A DNA stretch of 64,000 nt from Antedon mediterranea. Its lineage: Eukaryota > Animalia > Echinodermata. The translations under genes and the position numbers were made by a program. The stretch is from positions 9,052,001 to 9,116,000 of the forward strand of contig NC_092672.1 of the NCBI RefSeq assembly GCF_964355755.1, written 5' to 3'. Each line of letters starts with the position of its first letter. Position 1 is the stretch's first letter. This document shows, one piece after another, positions 10,371 to 24,458 of the stretch. The notes under the pieces were generated by a model. The model worked only from the letters and a program-made list of their open reading frames with translations, did not search any database and was not told the DNA's origin.

Positions 10371-13145
10371 TACAGTATTTGGTGTGACGCTCGTTTAATT
10401 GAATATGTTACAAAGAGGCCTACTGCAGTCAAAGCAAAACAGTACTAGTAGGAGGATAGTAACTGGTTGTTGTTTGTTGTTTTTTATTTGATTTCCAAAA
10501 ATTATACATAATAAATTTCTTTATAAATAATTAATTTGGTATAAATGTGGATGGTGGTCAAAATAAGTCTAAAACTAGATTTTAAAGCTCAGGTACAGGC
10601 ATGAATTTTAAATATAATATCTGGTTAATTGTACATAAATCAAATATTTGTAACAGAAATCAAGACGAAAAACCATGAATTTCCCTTAATATTGTCAAAT
10701 ACAAAATTTGGCAAAAATCTGCCAAAAAAACCAGGAAGACTTTTTTTCAGTAGTTATAGGTAGTTAATGTAATAACATGTCTGGTGACTCCCTAGAAGGT
10801 GAAAAAAGATGGTGGATATACGGTGGATAATTTTTGCTATTGCATGAATATAACATTCTGAAGTTGAATAAAAATACCAGAAATGTAAAATTTATTTTTC
10901 ATAGCTTTTTAAAATGCCTCTCTATTTTCAAAATTTGTGTACAAAAGAATAGAGATTTTACTGTGTAATTTGAACTATCCCCCCACTGATATGAAAGTGC
11001 TAATTTTCAACAAGCTCCTGTAACACAAATAAAATCCCAAAAATTATGAAACATAGGGGAAACTATAGATCGATAATTATTGGAATGTATGATCAATAGA
11101 AATGTTTTGCCCGCACCTGGCCTTTAATCAGTGGCCACCATTTAAAAAATAGAAAAACATTAGATCTACATTGAAGTTACAGTACAATATTTAATTAGAT
11201 AAATAAATAAAAGGTAGAGTGGTTTATAATCTATCTTCTTCGGTGACTGTACATAATTCAGATGAATTAAAGTTGATTGTTGATTTGTATGGCCTGGAAC
11301 GAGAGTGGGCCTGTCCGTTTAATATTACAGTTCAAATATTGTTTTCAGGATTCGATATTCATTCCAGTTATGCATGTGATCGATGTGTTTTACCAATACA
11401 AATGTGTATTTCAAAACACACCGAAATATTGCTGAAAATGGAACTACTGACTGGCTGAGCAGCAACCTGAAAAATGGAAACATATACACAGTTTATAATG
11501 CCGCAAAATGTAATCTCAATCCAATTTTTATCACCTATAAATGCCTAGTTGTAGTGAAGATCCTGTAGGCCTAATACATGTATAGCGAAGTTGAAAGGAG
11601 TCAAGTCAAGTCGCCCCATCGCAAAGTCGCCCCATACAAAGTAGGGTATGTAAGATTTTGCGATAGGGCGACTGTGCCGGGGCGACTTTGTTTTGGGGCG
11701 ACTTTGCAATGATGCGACTTGACTGGATCCCAGTTGGGATATAGCCTAACAAATAAAATGTAGTATTTAGAAGATTTGACAAGAAATGAAATACTGTAAT
11801 AAAAACATATACATTAGGCTTAATTTAAACACGTAAATAAAATTAGAAATTGAGAAAAGTATTCATTAATTAAATTTCGTGTTGTTGGATAGTAAAATAT
11901 TAATTATTCTAAAATGTCTAATAGGCCTATACTCAAAATTAAGCTGGTGTCCAAGGCTTCGTGTAAATTTATTTATTTAACAAATATTTATCAAGGATTA
12001 CACAATCAGGTGAAAGAAAAACAAGTTTTACATTGTGGTCCAGTCCTAAATATAAAATAAATCGGGGAGGTGGGGGGAATAGTTTTGTACATTTATTTGT
12101 ATTAGACATTTTAAGATAGTTTATTGACCTACTGTCCACATTTTACATAATTTAATTTTAATGGAATAAATTATGGTTCGCCGCAATGCATTACATAACG
12201 TTTAATTAGCACGTACGTAGGGTGAAAATAACGCATAGTCATAATCCTTACTTTAAATAGATTAACTATTCCAAGAACAGGTACGTGTTGGCCCATTTAT
12301 TTGTTTTTTATACTGGGTAGCCTCTTCAGTCAAAGACTGTTCTCCCAGAGGGCGCAGTTATAAGTTGCTTTGTATGACAGTGGCTTTATGTAATACTTGT
12401 ACACCGGAGTGTATCTCGAAAGATGTATGGGTTTTTTCAAGTGCACATGAGCTAGATGTGTACACTGGACCTACAGTTTATAGTCCTTATCCGTGAAGAC
12501 CACTACCACCAGAACCATAGAGCAATTAGATCCTCGAACCCTTGATTATGTTACGACTACGTAGGCCTAATTAGGGTTACACTGTTAAAACATTTCACTG
12601 GAAAGTGTGTCTTTAATTAATTGAAGTGTCCCTTGAATAGAAATGTCTCAAAAGAGGTTATTTTTACTTTTTTTTTTGGGTTATTAAAAGTCAAATATTA
12701 TTTTTAGATTATTAGTTATTAGAAATGTTCCAAAAACCAAGAATTAGTATGTAAACTACAAACCAGAAGAACATTTTCAATCATTATTGTAAGATGTTTA
12801 TTGACCTGACTACATGTGCACAATTTGTGTAAATAAATGTTAATGGAAGGAACAGTATGGTCTACCGCATTCCAGGACTTAGTTAGCACGTACTAAGGTG
12901 GAAATAAATGAAGAATATTCAAATTATGTTATTTCATGACAGAAATTACTAACCTTGTGTAATATGAGTTTTGTTATTACGAACTTCCTGAAATAAACAT
13001 ATTAGACAAAGCGAAAACACGCCCCCTTTCACCATCAACTGTTATATAATTGTGTTATTTCTTGTAAACTGTTCATTATTGTTCTATGATATGATTCTAT
13101 GATATATGATTTATGATAGAACGCAGTGCCAGTGTTGAAATAAAT

Positions 13146-16100
13146 ATGTTTCGGTATTTTTATTCAGTTGTTTTATTTTCTCTTTGTTTCGTGTACGTTC
13201 AAAGTGAGTACATAATATTTAAGTTATTTATTTTGTCATTTTATGAGTGAAAATAGTTTTTTTTTCAGGGTTTTTTTCTATGGAAGTGATTAGGCCTAAG
13301 TTTATTAAAACTACAAAATGGCCTATTCAAAGTATGATTTTATTAATCTTCATTCTTCATGTTTTTGAGGGACAATACATCTTTAAAATTCTAATAATAA
13401 TGTTTTGGCCTAATCGAAATTTACAATTTCTTTTTTATATTATTATTTTCAGCTAATGAATACGCAAAGTATTGGAATGATTTTGCGGCAGATGAGCTAG
13501 AGAAGGCGTTACGTGCGCAAAATCTTAATAAAGAAATAGCAGAAAATACTATAATATTCATTGGAGATGGAATGAGCGTACCGACTGTGTCGGCAGGTAG
13601 AATGTTTGTAGGGCAACTTGCAGGCAAAACGGGTGAAGAATTCCAACTATCATGGGAGACGTTTCCTCATGTGGCATTAAGTAAGGTAAGTTATATTGGT
13701 ATATGACTGTGTTTGTACACATCATACACACCTTAGACACGTTGAAATTAAATATACGCATACGTTACCTATTCTGCAAGAGGTGTTGTTGAAGAAAATA
13801 ATTGGACTGGCTGTAGGCCTCTATGCTGTGACAGACACACAGATACGGCACCAAATAACATCGTAAAAACATTTAAATAACATAATAAATATAAAATCCT
13901 GTTGTTTAAAAGTGTGTGTATACGCCTAGTTGTTTAAAAGTGTTGGTCATTGGTGAAAAAATTACAGTGGTGTGTTCCATGCCATGCGCACTAAATTTCT
14001 TCTTCATTCTGTAATAGTATAGACTTAATTGCCCCAAGTCTGTATTGTTTTTTTTTTATTTATTTGATTTTATTTCAACCGCGATTTTTGTCTGAAAATA
14101 CAAACTAAAGTAATACACGTATGAAACGCCATATGTGCAAAAATATTTATATTTTTAGTAATATTAAAACAAAACTACAGTACTACTATAACTTACCATT
14201 AGATCTACATTCTCAAATTGCGTTTTTCAATTTTATTCATCCTTAATTAAAATTAATTATTTTACTGCACAGACTTACAACACGGATGCGCAAGTTCCGG
14301 ACTCAGCAGGAACCGCGAGTGCGTTTTTAACCGGCGTAAAAACGAAGTCAGGTGTGATAGGCCTGGATGATCACGTGGAATTTGGAAGTTGTGCATCAAC
14401 CGAATCAGCAGCAGTGGATTCAATTCTGCATCTAAGTCAAAGAGCAGGTTTGTTAAATTTGCATTTCATATTGATTTCAAATACAATGTCAATTAAGTTC
14501 TTCCACAATCCACAAAGTTTGTGCAAATTAATATAGTATAGGTTGTTTTTGTGGAAGGTGTTATTATTAAATTGTTTGTGTATGTTTTGTATACGGATGT
14601 ACTATCCAAAATAAAAATTAAATGAATGTGGTGGTCTGTGGTTCCATAAATCAGGAACGTAGCAGTATAGTAGGCCTAGTGTAAGTAAACTCTGATTTGG
14701 TGGACTTATAATCACCCAGTAATCAATGCCTGTTTGTTTTAGGAAAGTCGACTGGGATTGTCACAACTGCGCGGGTGACTCATGCCACACCGGCTGCTGC
14801 ATACGCAAAATCTCCAGACCGTGGATGGGAAAATAACAGTGACATACCAGATGCAGAGGCTGCCTTAGGCTGCAAAGATATTGCTTTGCAACTTGTGGAA
14901 AATGCTACAGGAATTCAGGTGAATATTTAACCAATATTCAATCACAAATTATTATTTTGAATATGATCAAACGTAGTCAACTTTGCACGATAGAACGAGC
15001 CAAAGCGTGTATGTGGGTAAGCTTGGTTCCTACTAGTGACGCACCGTAACGCAACCTACGCAACGTAAGGAAATTTCCTTCCGATAATTGTGTTTGGCTC
15101 GTCTGTTTACAGCACTGTTGGGTCGTCGGTTCCCACGTGTGATTTCACAATACAGCATTTTGCGTCAATACGTCGCTGCGTTGCGTTACGTTGCGTCGCC
15201 AGTGGGAACCACACTAGGGGTTGTTAAATCCTATTAAAATAACGAGCTGATCAATTGCGATTAACCATCCCGCAACAATGTATACCTCCCTCTAATATGT
15301 ATGCAGCCACAAAAATGTAATAATCCAAAATGCTCATAATCTCGGGTAATGATTAAGAGTAGACTGTTTTAAACAAAAATGTATTGCGCATACTTAATCT
15401 CGATTCCTGGAAAAAACAAAATCAAAAACTTACGGTATTTTATTGTACCATTAGGTTGTTTTGGGAGGTGGCCGACGTGAATTAACGCCAACATCAACAC
15501 CTGATGCTCAAAGCAGTGGGCGTTTTGGATATAGAACAGACAATAGAAATCTCATCGATGAATGGGTAGCACTACGACCAGAAGAAACTACTCGTTATGT
15601 TTATAATAAAGGCCAATTTGACGATATTGATACGGACAAGATAGATTATTTGCTTGGTAAGACACTAAATAAAACTAAAAAATAAGAATTGATGATTTTG
15701 TCAACATTAGTAACTTATATGTCTGTAACATTACTATTAAAATAACGTTTGAAATGTAGATTTCTTATTTAGGCAATGTCAACATTGCTAAAGCAGTTAC
15801 TACTGTATACCTGTACTGCAATAATATAACGACTAATTTCAGTTGTTTCTTCAAAACACTGCATGATAGGCTAGCATTAACATTTATAAAGCTCCGTCTA
15901 CACTATCTATCAAACTAGTTTGACAAAAAACGTGATGTGATATGCTCAAATATGGTAGTGATTTGACATCATCATATCTACATGGGCAAATCACATTTTT
16001 TGTCACATAACGTGTGGTATTGTAGACAAGGCTTAGTCCATGATTAAAAAGTTAGTATAATAATATACTTATATAATATACGAAACAAACGAGGTTTATT

Positions 16101-17888
16101 CTGTAATTATGAAAATGGGGAGGTATACGACGTACGCCGAGAAATCCTCTCTTGTTTTCTATATTAATAAATAAATTAGAACATTAAAGTAACCTGGTTA
16201 ATACACTGCTATAATCTTATTCTATAATGGATGCCTTGTCTTATACGTATAGAATTGACTAATCTACTTATTAATTTGCTTTTGATAGGATTGTTCGACC
16301 GTACACATATGAATTTTGAATCAGAAAGAGACACTTCAGACGACGGTGACCCGTCGTTAGAAGAGATGACAGAAAAAGCGATTCAGATATTACAAAAGAA
16401 TGAAAATGGATATTTCCTCATTGTTGAAAGTAATAATAATAGTTCATTCTTATATAATCATTATATAAGCAAGCTGTCAATGCGCTAAACATTATTACCC
16501 CAGTCATTTTTTTGGTCAAACACGTATGGAAACATACTCCCATAATGCAGCTAGTATCAGCGCAAAGTTGTTTCTTGATCTAATCAAGTTCCCATTTATA
16601 CACCTGGGTGGAGAGAGGCAAACGTAAGTAAGTATCTTGCCTAAGGATACAAGCAATGCGGCGAGAGGTGGATTCGAACCTCGATCTCACGATCAACATA
16701 CTGCGCCACACGCTTTCACAAGTAAATTATATACATTCTGTCGATTTAGATATTTGTATAGAGATAAAACATAATTGATTGATCTATGTTAGAATAGAAA
16801 TTAGATTTTGAATACTGCTAGATTAAAAACAAACTATTCAACTAGTCAAAGAACACATCGATAAATGGTTACTTTAATAACTTATATCTTTACAATACTG
16901 ATGTATTCATCTTATTACGTAATATCGTTTGAATATTCCAGGTGGTCGAATCGACCATGGTCATCACAGAGGACATGCGTACGATGCATTGAATGAACTG
17001 AATCAATTACATTTGGCTGTTGCTAAGGCGAAAGAGATGACAAGTGAAGACGACACATTGATTATAGTGACGGCAGATCACAGCCACACATTATCATTTG
17101 GTGGCGACTCCAGTAGAGGGAACCCAATTCTAGGTAAAGCTCTGTTAAGCTTGGTTCCCACTAGAACGTAACGCAAGGACGTAAACGCAACGCAAGCGTT
17201 TTAACCAATGACAGGCGAAGTTATAGACAGTTTTGACAATTTCATCCCCATAGTGTTTATGAGAGTTGAATTGCTTAGAATTCTGTTTATATTTCTATGT
17301 TTATATATTTATGCGTTCATCTTCTTTAGGTCTTGCTGACGGTTCTGTCGGATCAGATGGTTTACCATACACCACATTAGCGTATGCAAATGGACCAGGT
17401 GGCGAGCAAGTATTAAAATCGTTCAAGGAAAACGGTCGCCGACCAGATAACACTAAAGTTGATACAGGTAAATTCATTTACGTTCAGTTTAACTATAAAA
17501 AAAATACAAAATTCCTCAAGGTTGTTAATAATTGGATAGCTACTTGGGATTTTTTTTACTTTTATGATTGATTTTTTACCGTAGCTAAATTTCTTTAATG
17601 TTCTTTACAGAGGACAAAGAATATAAGCAAGACGCTTTAGTTCCAAGAGAATTAGAAACGCATGGCGGTGAAGATGTTGCAATCTATGCTAGCGGACCAA
17701 TGGATCACTTATTCCACGGCGTCCATGAACAAAACTACATCATGCATGTAATGAAGTACGCCTCATGTGTTGGTTATAATAAAGAACATTGTGAGATCGT
17801 TGACAATGGAACAAATGATGCCTCTGTACATTATCCAACATTCCTTACATTTATCATGTCTATCTCAGTATTCAGGTGTTTTCTCTAA
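13146..17888 (+). CDS. ALPL: Alkaline phosphatase, copy 2 (~530 aa), signal peptide plus hydrophobic GPI-type C-terminus
   Basis: Exons 13146-13203, 13453-13685 (IGDGMS), 14273-14447 (VPDSAGTA), 14743-14918, 15455-15656, 16289-16429, 16942-17133 ([15 protein letters not shown]), 17330-17467, 17611-17888 (ETHGGEDV, tail [16 protein letters not shown]). Total 1593 nt, in frame. Confidence 0.93.
15019..15215. mobile_element. Harbinger-like MITE (AGCTTGGTTCCCACTAG family), diverged copy
   Basis: Imperfect TIRs AAGCTTGGTTCCTACTAG / CCAGTGGGAACCAC; same family as 43538 and 54515. A truncated copy lies at ~17148-17235. Confidence 0.65.
15888..16035. mobile_element. MITE, AAGCTCTGTCTACACTAT family
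   Basis: Ends AAGCTCCGTCTACACTAT / ATTGTAGACAAGGCTT; related pieces at ~31707-32235, 33490-33560, 38790-38872 and 49477-49610. Confidence 0.6.
16585..16720 (-). mobile_element. tRNA-derived SINE-like relic (same family as 10150-10370)
   Basis: The reverse complement contains GGTTCGAATCC (B box) and the same core as the 10150 copy. Confidence 0.6.
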
Positions 17889-18773
17889 TGTAGCTTAATA
17901 GTTTATTTGAGAGGTATATAAAAGAACGTGGATGTAGGCCTACTGGGGTATATTAGATCCTTTTTTATTTAATATGTGTTTTGATACCTCTATAGATTGG
18001 TTCCTACTATATTTAACTTTATCTGAACTAACTACATACAGCAAGTTACATTCCGACTGATTTCTTCTAATTGAAACTGAAAACAAAGTAAATGAAGGGT
18101 GGTCTGAAACTTTTTTAATAATTGTACTATTTTAATGTTGATAATCATGTGTACAAAGCTGAATCTGTAAATTAATGTTATGGTATAACATTTTAAGATA
18201 TATATTTTTTAATTAAGGAAATTATATGTGAATATAGGAAAAAATAAATATTACCAAACTCTCTGATAGTTTAAATAAGATAATTAGTTGTGTTCATGAA
18301 ATATATTTTCTTGATAGGCATTGTTGATGCTTAACTTAGCAAGGCCATATGCATGGTTGCAGTCGCGTGCTCAAATTTGAGTTAGTGTTTACCGACCAAC
18401 CGACCGACATGGTAAGCTGAAGAGTCGCGTTTGCACGTGACTAAAAATACGGCTAAAATTGTTGAGAGGTTAAGCATATAATTTTGACCGTTTGATCTGA
18501 AACTGTTCAATTGAAATGGTCCTACTCATTGAATGAAAATGCACAAGAAATATTTAATCAGAAATTACAGTAAGATAGCATCAGATATATGGGCATATCA
18601 ATAAGGTATAGGGTCTATTTGTGAAAAAAGGAGAGATCTTGCATAAATTAATTAAAATCATAAAGGAAAATAAACAATTCATATCAATAATTCGGTCAAA
18701 TTAACTGAATGTCTCTTGTATCAAATTATATACATATTTTTAACTCATGCTTTTAAATCATAAATTTAAATTG

Positions 18774-18835
18774 GGGTGTCTAGAAAACTCAGATCTAGAA
18801 AACTCAGATCTCAGATATATCTGAGTTTTCTACCC
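18774..18835. mobile_element. Minimal 62-bp Mutator-like MITE
   Basis: GGGTGTCTAGAAAACTCAGAT ... ATCTGAGTTTTCTACCC flanked by the 9-bp direct repeat TTTAAATTG (18765-18773 and 18836-18844). Confidence 0.65.
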
Positions 18836-19372
18836 TTTAAATTGATGTAAATTGTAATGCTTGTTGTTTATACTAATACTATTTTTATATTTTGTGATGT
18901 TAAGAACAATTGTACATTTTGTTAATGGAACGAATAATAAAGTGTGATTTAATTTAAGATTTAATTGTAAAATATATTTTTAAGTTTTAAATTACATCAG
19001 CACAATAACCAACTTAAATAAGTTATTACAAACTGCGAACACTATATTGCAAAGCGCGAGAGCCTAACTAAGTGCGACAGAACAAAGTGCGACAATAGAT
19101 AGACAATCTGGATTGGTTAAATCTGTCCATTATTTAGGACAGCGCCCCTCTCAATCTGACAGAAAACTCCTATGATGAAAATGAAAATTTCATCAACCCT
19201 CTCAGCACAACGTGTGGCACCCTGATTATTACAAAGTGCAACGATACCAAAAGTGCGAACAGAAGACGCCCTCTGTCATAAGCTTACTATTATTAGTCCT
19301 ATGTCAACTTGAATGTTCATTTTTGAAAGGAGATTCCTTGAATTCTGGTAGTAGGATACTGTTAACATGAAT

Positions 19373-22300
19373 ATGTTTCGGTCCTTTTATTCCCTTGTTT
19401 TATTGTCTCATTGTATCGTATACGTTCAAAGTGAGTAATCGAGTGATTTCTTATTTTGAACTTTTTATGTTGAACATGGCCATGGAGGTTTAGTTTAAAC
19501 TGCAATACAGTAGTGCAATATGGATAACCACGGAATATATACTTGTGAATGTGAACAATGACGATACAGGATATCTAGGACATTAGAAGATAAAGAAAGA
19601 TGTAGGAATAAGGCAGGACCAAAATCTCAGTTACTTTACTTAAAAGGTTTTGCTGATCACTTTAGGTGAATCGTAGGCCTAATATAAGGAATATGTAATT
19701 AGTTTTATTATTGAGTCTACAAGATCTAAATAACCTAGATCATTCACAAATTAATTTTTGAATTTTGGGAAACTGTTTAGATTAATAATTGATTTGAAAT
19801 ATGCAATTAATACCTGCATGATGTAATGACAAGTAACAAATAGATTCACTAGAATTTATACATCGCACTGTGTGCAAAATAAATGGAGATACTGTATCAC
19901 AGTACCATAACACGATATTAAGTGAAAGAGGATATATCATTAATACAGTAATAGTCACTTGAACATTAGACTCACAGGCCTTTATCTGTAAAAGCTTTGG
20001 GAAGTTTCCACATGCAGTGTTTAAAAATATTAGCGGGCAGAGAATTTCCATTTAGGCTAAGTTACATTACCTATTAAGATAAAGGTACACAAATACACTG
20101 TTGTTATTATTTAGAAACAAACACTAAGAATATATGTTATGATAAAAGAAGAATTTCAACAGTATCACACTAATTTTGTAGTTATTATCTACTATATTAA
20201 AAAGTACCTGACAAAGTAATCAATGTAAACATTCGCTTGGCGGGTTATCTATCTAAATTTGCACAGTGGTCTCAATTGTGATTGCCGGTAACACAAATCG
20301 TTATTCCTATGACTGCATGTCCATAAATTGTATAGCAAAACCAACAAACATGTGCGCACAGACTCAAAATATATTATAGGCTACAGTATTCTAAGTAAAT
20401 TAAGGGTACATTAAAAAAAGTAGGCAGATGCCCGATAAGATAAAACCTTGGGCGAGTCTAAACAAACGACAGAGAGCAATTAAAAAAAAATACAGGGTGT
20501 GAACAGGGACAATACAAGACAACCACGGGGGGAGGGGGGACGAACGGAAAAACAGCTATTCTGAGACAGCAGATCATGTCTTGATTAAGGACTGAAATTG
20601 ATACAAACATTTCATCAACAAAAAAGTTCTAATTTCAGCTGATGAATACGCAAAGTATTGGAATGACTTGGCGGCAGATGAGCTGGAGAGGGCATTGCGT
20701 TCACAAGACCTCAACAAAAATATAGCAAAAAATGTTATAGCATTCATTGGAGATGGAATGGGCGTAGCAACAGTGTCAGCAGGAAGAATTTATGTAGGGC
20801 AACTTGCAGGAAAAACGGGTGAAGAATTCCAACTATCATGGGAGACGTTTCCTCATGTGGCATTAAGTAAGGTAAGTTAGAGAATGTTGCTCTATGAACA
20901 TAAGCATGTGCTTAATACATTAAAGGGATATACAGCATTACCCACTGCCATTACTAAATCCAAGAAATTATGTAGTATGTTTAAGCGGATATTAGCCCTT
21001 GGTGGCATTTGCAGCAATAAAGAAATTGAATTGAATTGAATAGAAATGGTCAAAAAAATATCTATTTCCAATGGTCCATTCTAAATACGCACTCTGTGAG
21101 ATTCATTTTACAAAGTATGTTTAGGTTACAAGAATATTAACCAATTAGAAGTTTTAAATTTTGTTTTTCCATATCATGGACAAACCAATATATACCTGAT
21201 CAATCAAATTCCACTTTCGGCATAATGCAACCCTTACTGCACAGACTTACAACACGGATGCACAAGTAGCTGACTCGGCAGGAACCGCGTGTGCTTTTTT
21301 GAGTGGCGTAAAAACGAAGGCAGGTGTAGTAGGCTTAGATAATCACGTGGAACGTGGGAATTGTGCATCAACAGAATCAGCAGCAGTGGATTCAATTGTG
21401 CATCTAAGCCAACGAGCAGGTTTGTTAAAGTGTGCATAAGTATAGGTACAATGTGGAGGAATGGAATTTTTTTAAACCGATAATGTAACAAACTTCTACA
21501 TTTTAGGAAAGTCGACTGGGATTGTTACAACTGCGCGGGTAACTCATGCAACACCGGCTGCTGCATACGCAAGATGTCCAGAACGAGACTGGGAAAGTAA
21601 CAGTGACATACCAGAAGAAGAAGCTGCCTTAGGCTGCAAAGACATTGCTTTGCAACTTGTGGAAAATGCCACAGAAGTACAGGTGAATATTTAACTCACG
21701 AATAGTATTGATCACACTTGGTTTACTTGAATGTTAACTTTTCACGACCCGACTCATATTTGTTTAAAGCGTGTACCGTACTGTATGATTTTAGATATGT
21801 GTATCTTATTATTAAAAGTAATACCAGCGATTGCATCACTACCGAAAGCAAACATTTACTCAACTGAAGCGTGCAAGCACAAAACCATCTACTAAAAAAA
21901 GTGTATATTTGGATAACTGTTTGGAAAACGTTTATTGCGCATGCTTGTCGCGATCTTCTGACATTAACAGGGCCGGGAATACTTTTATCTTTAGGTTGTT
22001 TTAGGAGGTGGCCGACGTGAATTTATGCCAAACACTACAGCTGATCCTCAAAATAAGAAATATTTTGGAAAAAGGACAGACAAACGGAATCTCATCGACG
22101 AATGGGTAGCACTACGGCCAGAAAATACTACACAATACGTTTATAATAAAGGCCAATTTGACGATATTGATACGGACAAGATAGATTATTTACTTGGTAT
22201 GTGTCTAAAACCAAGACCATTTATAGAGTTGAATTTATAAATAGAATCAGGTATTTTTTAAATGAAGGTTATACGAGTTTTATATAAAATGAAAACAATA

Positions 22301-23322
22301 CCAAAAAATCATGATGACCATGATCATCTAATTAACCTTCTTTTCTTCGTCTTCCCTCATTGTAATTTTTATTGTAATAATATTCGTTAAATACACACAT
22401 TCGGAATTATTCATCTCAACACAATATCTGTATACGAGATCATAACAGATGTACATTATAGTTTGAATAAAGTGTTGTAAACAGTAAATATTCTCCAAAC
22501 TAAAAGTACCGGGTCTGGTAACCACAGATTGACTCTTTTATCAGTTATATGCTCGTTCTATAAATTGATGACTAGTTTGTTAATATGAAAGCAAGTTGAT
22601 CGAATCAGTACCGTTGTAATGTATGATCATTCTGGAAATTATCTCACAAAGTTTAATACTATGGGATATGAATTTTGTAGGATTATTCGACCATACACAT
22701 ATGGATTACGAATCAGAGAGGGACACTTCATACGACGGTGACCCATCCTTAGAAGAGATGACAGAAAAAGCGATTGAGATATTGAAAAAGAATGAAAAAG
22801 GATATTTCCTCATGGTTGAAGGTAAATACATCCGTTTTGTTTAAAATATATTAGGCATTATAGGTCCAAAGGCAAAATACTGAAAAAATGACAATGCTGT
22901 GGTTATCAGTGGCTGGATCTCAATGAAGATACATAAAAAAAGCGAAAGGCTAAATCAAAACGATAAAGTTAAACAGCCAGAAAAGGTAGCAGAGATTTCG
23001 GGCAACACCTTATCAGTGCAAGTGAAGGAGATATATGAACAGGGGTTGTATATTTGACTGTGTTATTTGAATATTCTAGGTGCTCGAATTGACCATGGTC
23101 ATCATAATGGTCAGGCGTACGATGCATTAAACGAACTGAATCAATTACATTTGGCTGTTGCTAAGGCGAAAGAGATGACAAGTGAAGACGATACATTGAT
23201 TATAGTGACGGCAGATCACAGCCACACGTTTTCATTTGGTGGTTACCCTGACAGAGGAAATCCAATTCTAGGTACGAAACATCCCCTTTATTTACCTGAA
23301 CACATGCCAATGTTTCTTGCAA

Positions 23323-23353
<31 letters not shown>

Positions 23354-24300
23354 CAAAAAACACACTTACCTTGTATGGGTCAAAAAATGACAAGAGAGAA
23401 CATTATTTTGGTGTGCTACAGTGGATCCGAGTTAAATATTGTGTATATTATTTCAATATTATCAGTAAATGCCCTATGTTTAAACACTTCGTGCGTTCCT
23501 TCATTCAGGTCTAGTCAATACCGGCGTCGGATCAGATGGATTGCCGTACACCACATTGGCTTATGCAAATGGACCAGGTGCCAACAAAGTATCTCATTCG
23601 TTCAATGCAACTAATCAGCGACCAAATAACACTGGCGTTGATACAGGTGAACTAAATTAATGTATATCTCTGCTCCAACTATAGGAAGCCTCAAGATTAA
23701 ACAATGTAGAATAATTGAAGACTTTTAAAAATGTCTGTTATTTCTAATAATCCAATGTACAATGTAAAGATGTCTGTCAAAGATCTTGAATCATTGATCG
23801 AAATGTTAATAGCCTGAAATACAAAAAAAACGCAACATTTATTAGATAATAGTTGTCAATTGTTATATAGTTAATAGTTATTCTGATTAGCAATAGTGGC
23901 TACAGTGGATAGATTTAAAACAATCGCACTTTTATGATTTATCTCAGTTTTATCGTGTACTCTTGGTTGCATAGACTTAGGCTTAAACACATTTCCTTTA
24001 TTGTTTACAGAAAACAAAGACTACGAACAAGACGCTTTAGTTCCATTAGCTTTAGAAACGCATGCCGGTGAAGATGTTGCAATCTACGCCACCGGACCAA
24101 TGGCTCACTTATTCCACGGCGTCCATGAACAAAACTACATCATGCATGTAATGAAGTACGCCTCATGTGTTGGTTATAATAAAGAACATTGCGAGATCGT
24201 TGACAATGGAACAAATGATGCTACTGTACATTATCCAACATTTCTTACATTTATCATATCCATCTCAGTACTATTGATTCAAAGGTTTTCTGATTTATAG
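19373..24300 (+). CDS. ALPL: Alkaline phosphatase, copy 3 (~534 aa), GPI-type C-terminus
   Basis: Exons 19373-19430 (alternative in-frame ATG at 19367), 20639-20871 (IGDGMG), 21245-21419 (VADSAGTA), 21507-21682, 21995-22196, 22681-22821, 23080-23271 ([14 protein letters not shown]), 23509-23646, 24011-24300 (ETHAGEDV). Total 1605 nt, in frame; all canonical metal ligands present. Confidence 0.93.
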
Positions 24301-24458
24301 TCCCCCAAAAAATAAATAGAAATGTTATAGAATAAACTATTAGGCAGCGTAAAGCTAAAAGAAAAAAAAACAATCCATAAAAATGCTATGTATTTTTGTT
24401 TCATCCTTATGTTTCTTGACATCTATAATTTATCAGATTTATTCCTAATTGTTAACAA

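Noticed and set aside
13421-13761. Antisense ORFs over ALP exons (also 7099-7290, 21234-21491, 42227-42451)
   Set aside because: Shadow frames of real + strand exons with no independent coding signal.
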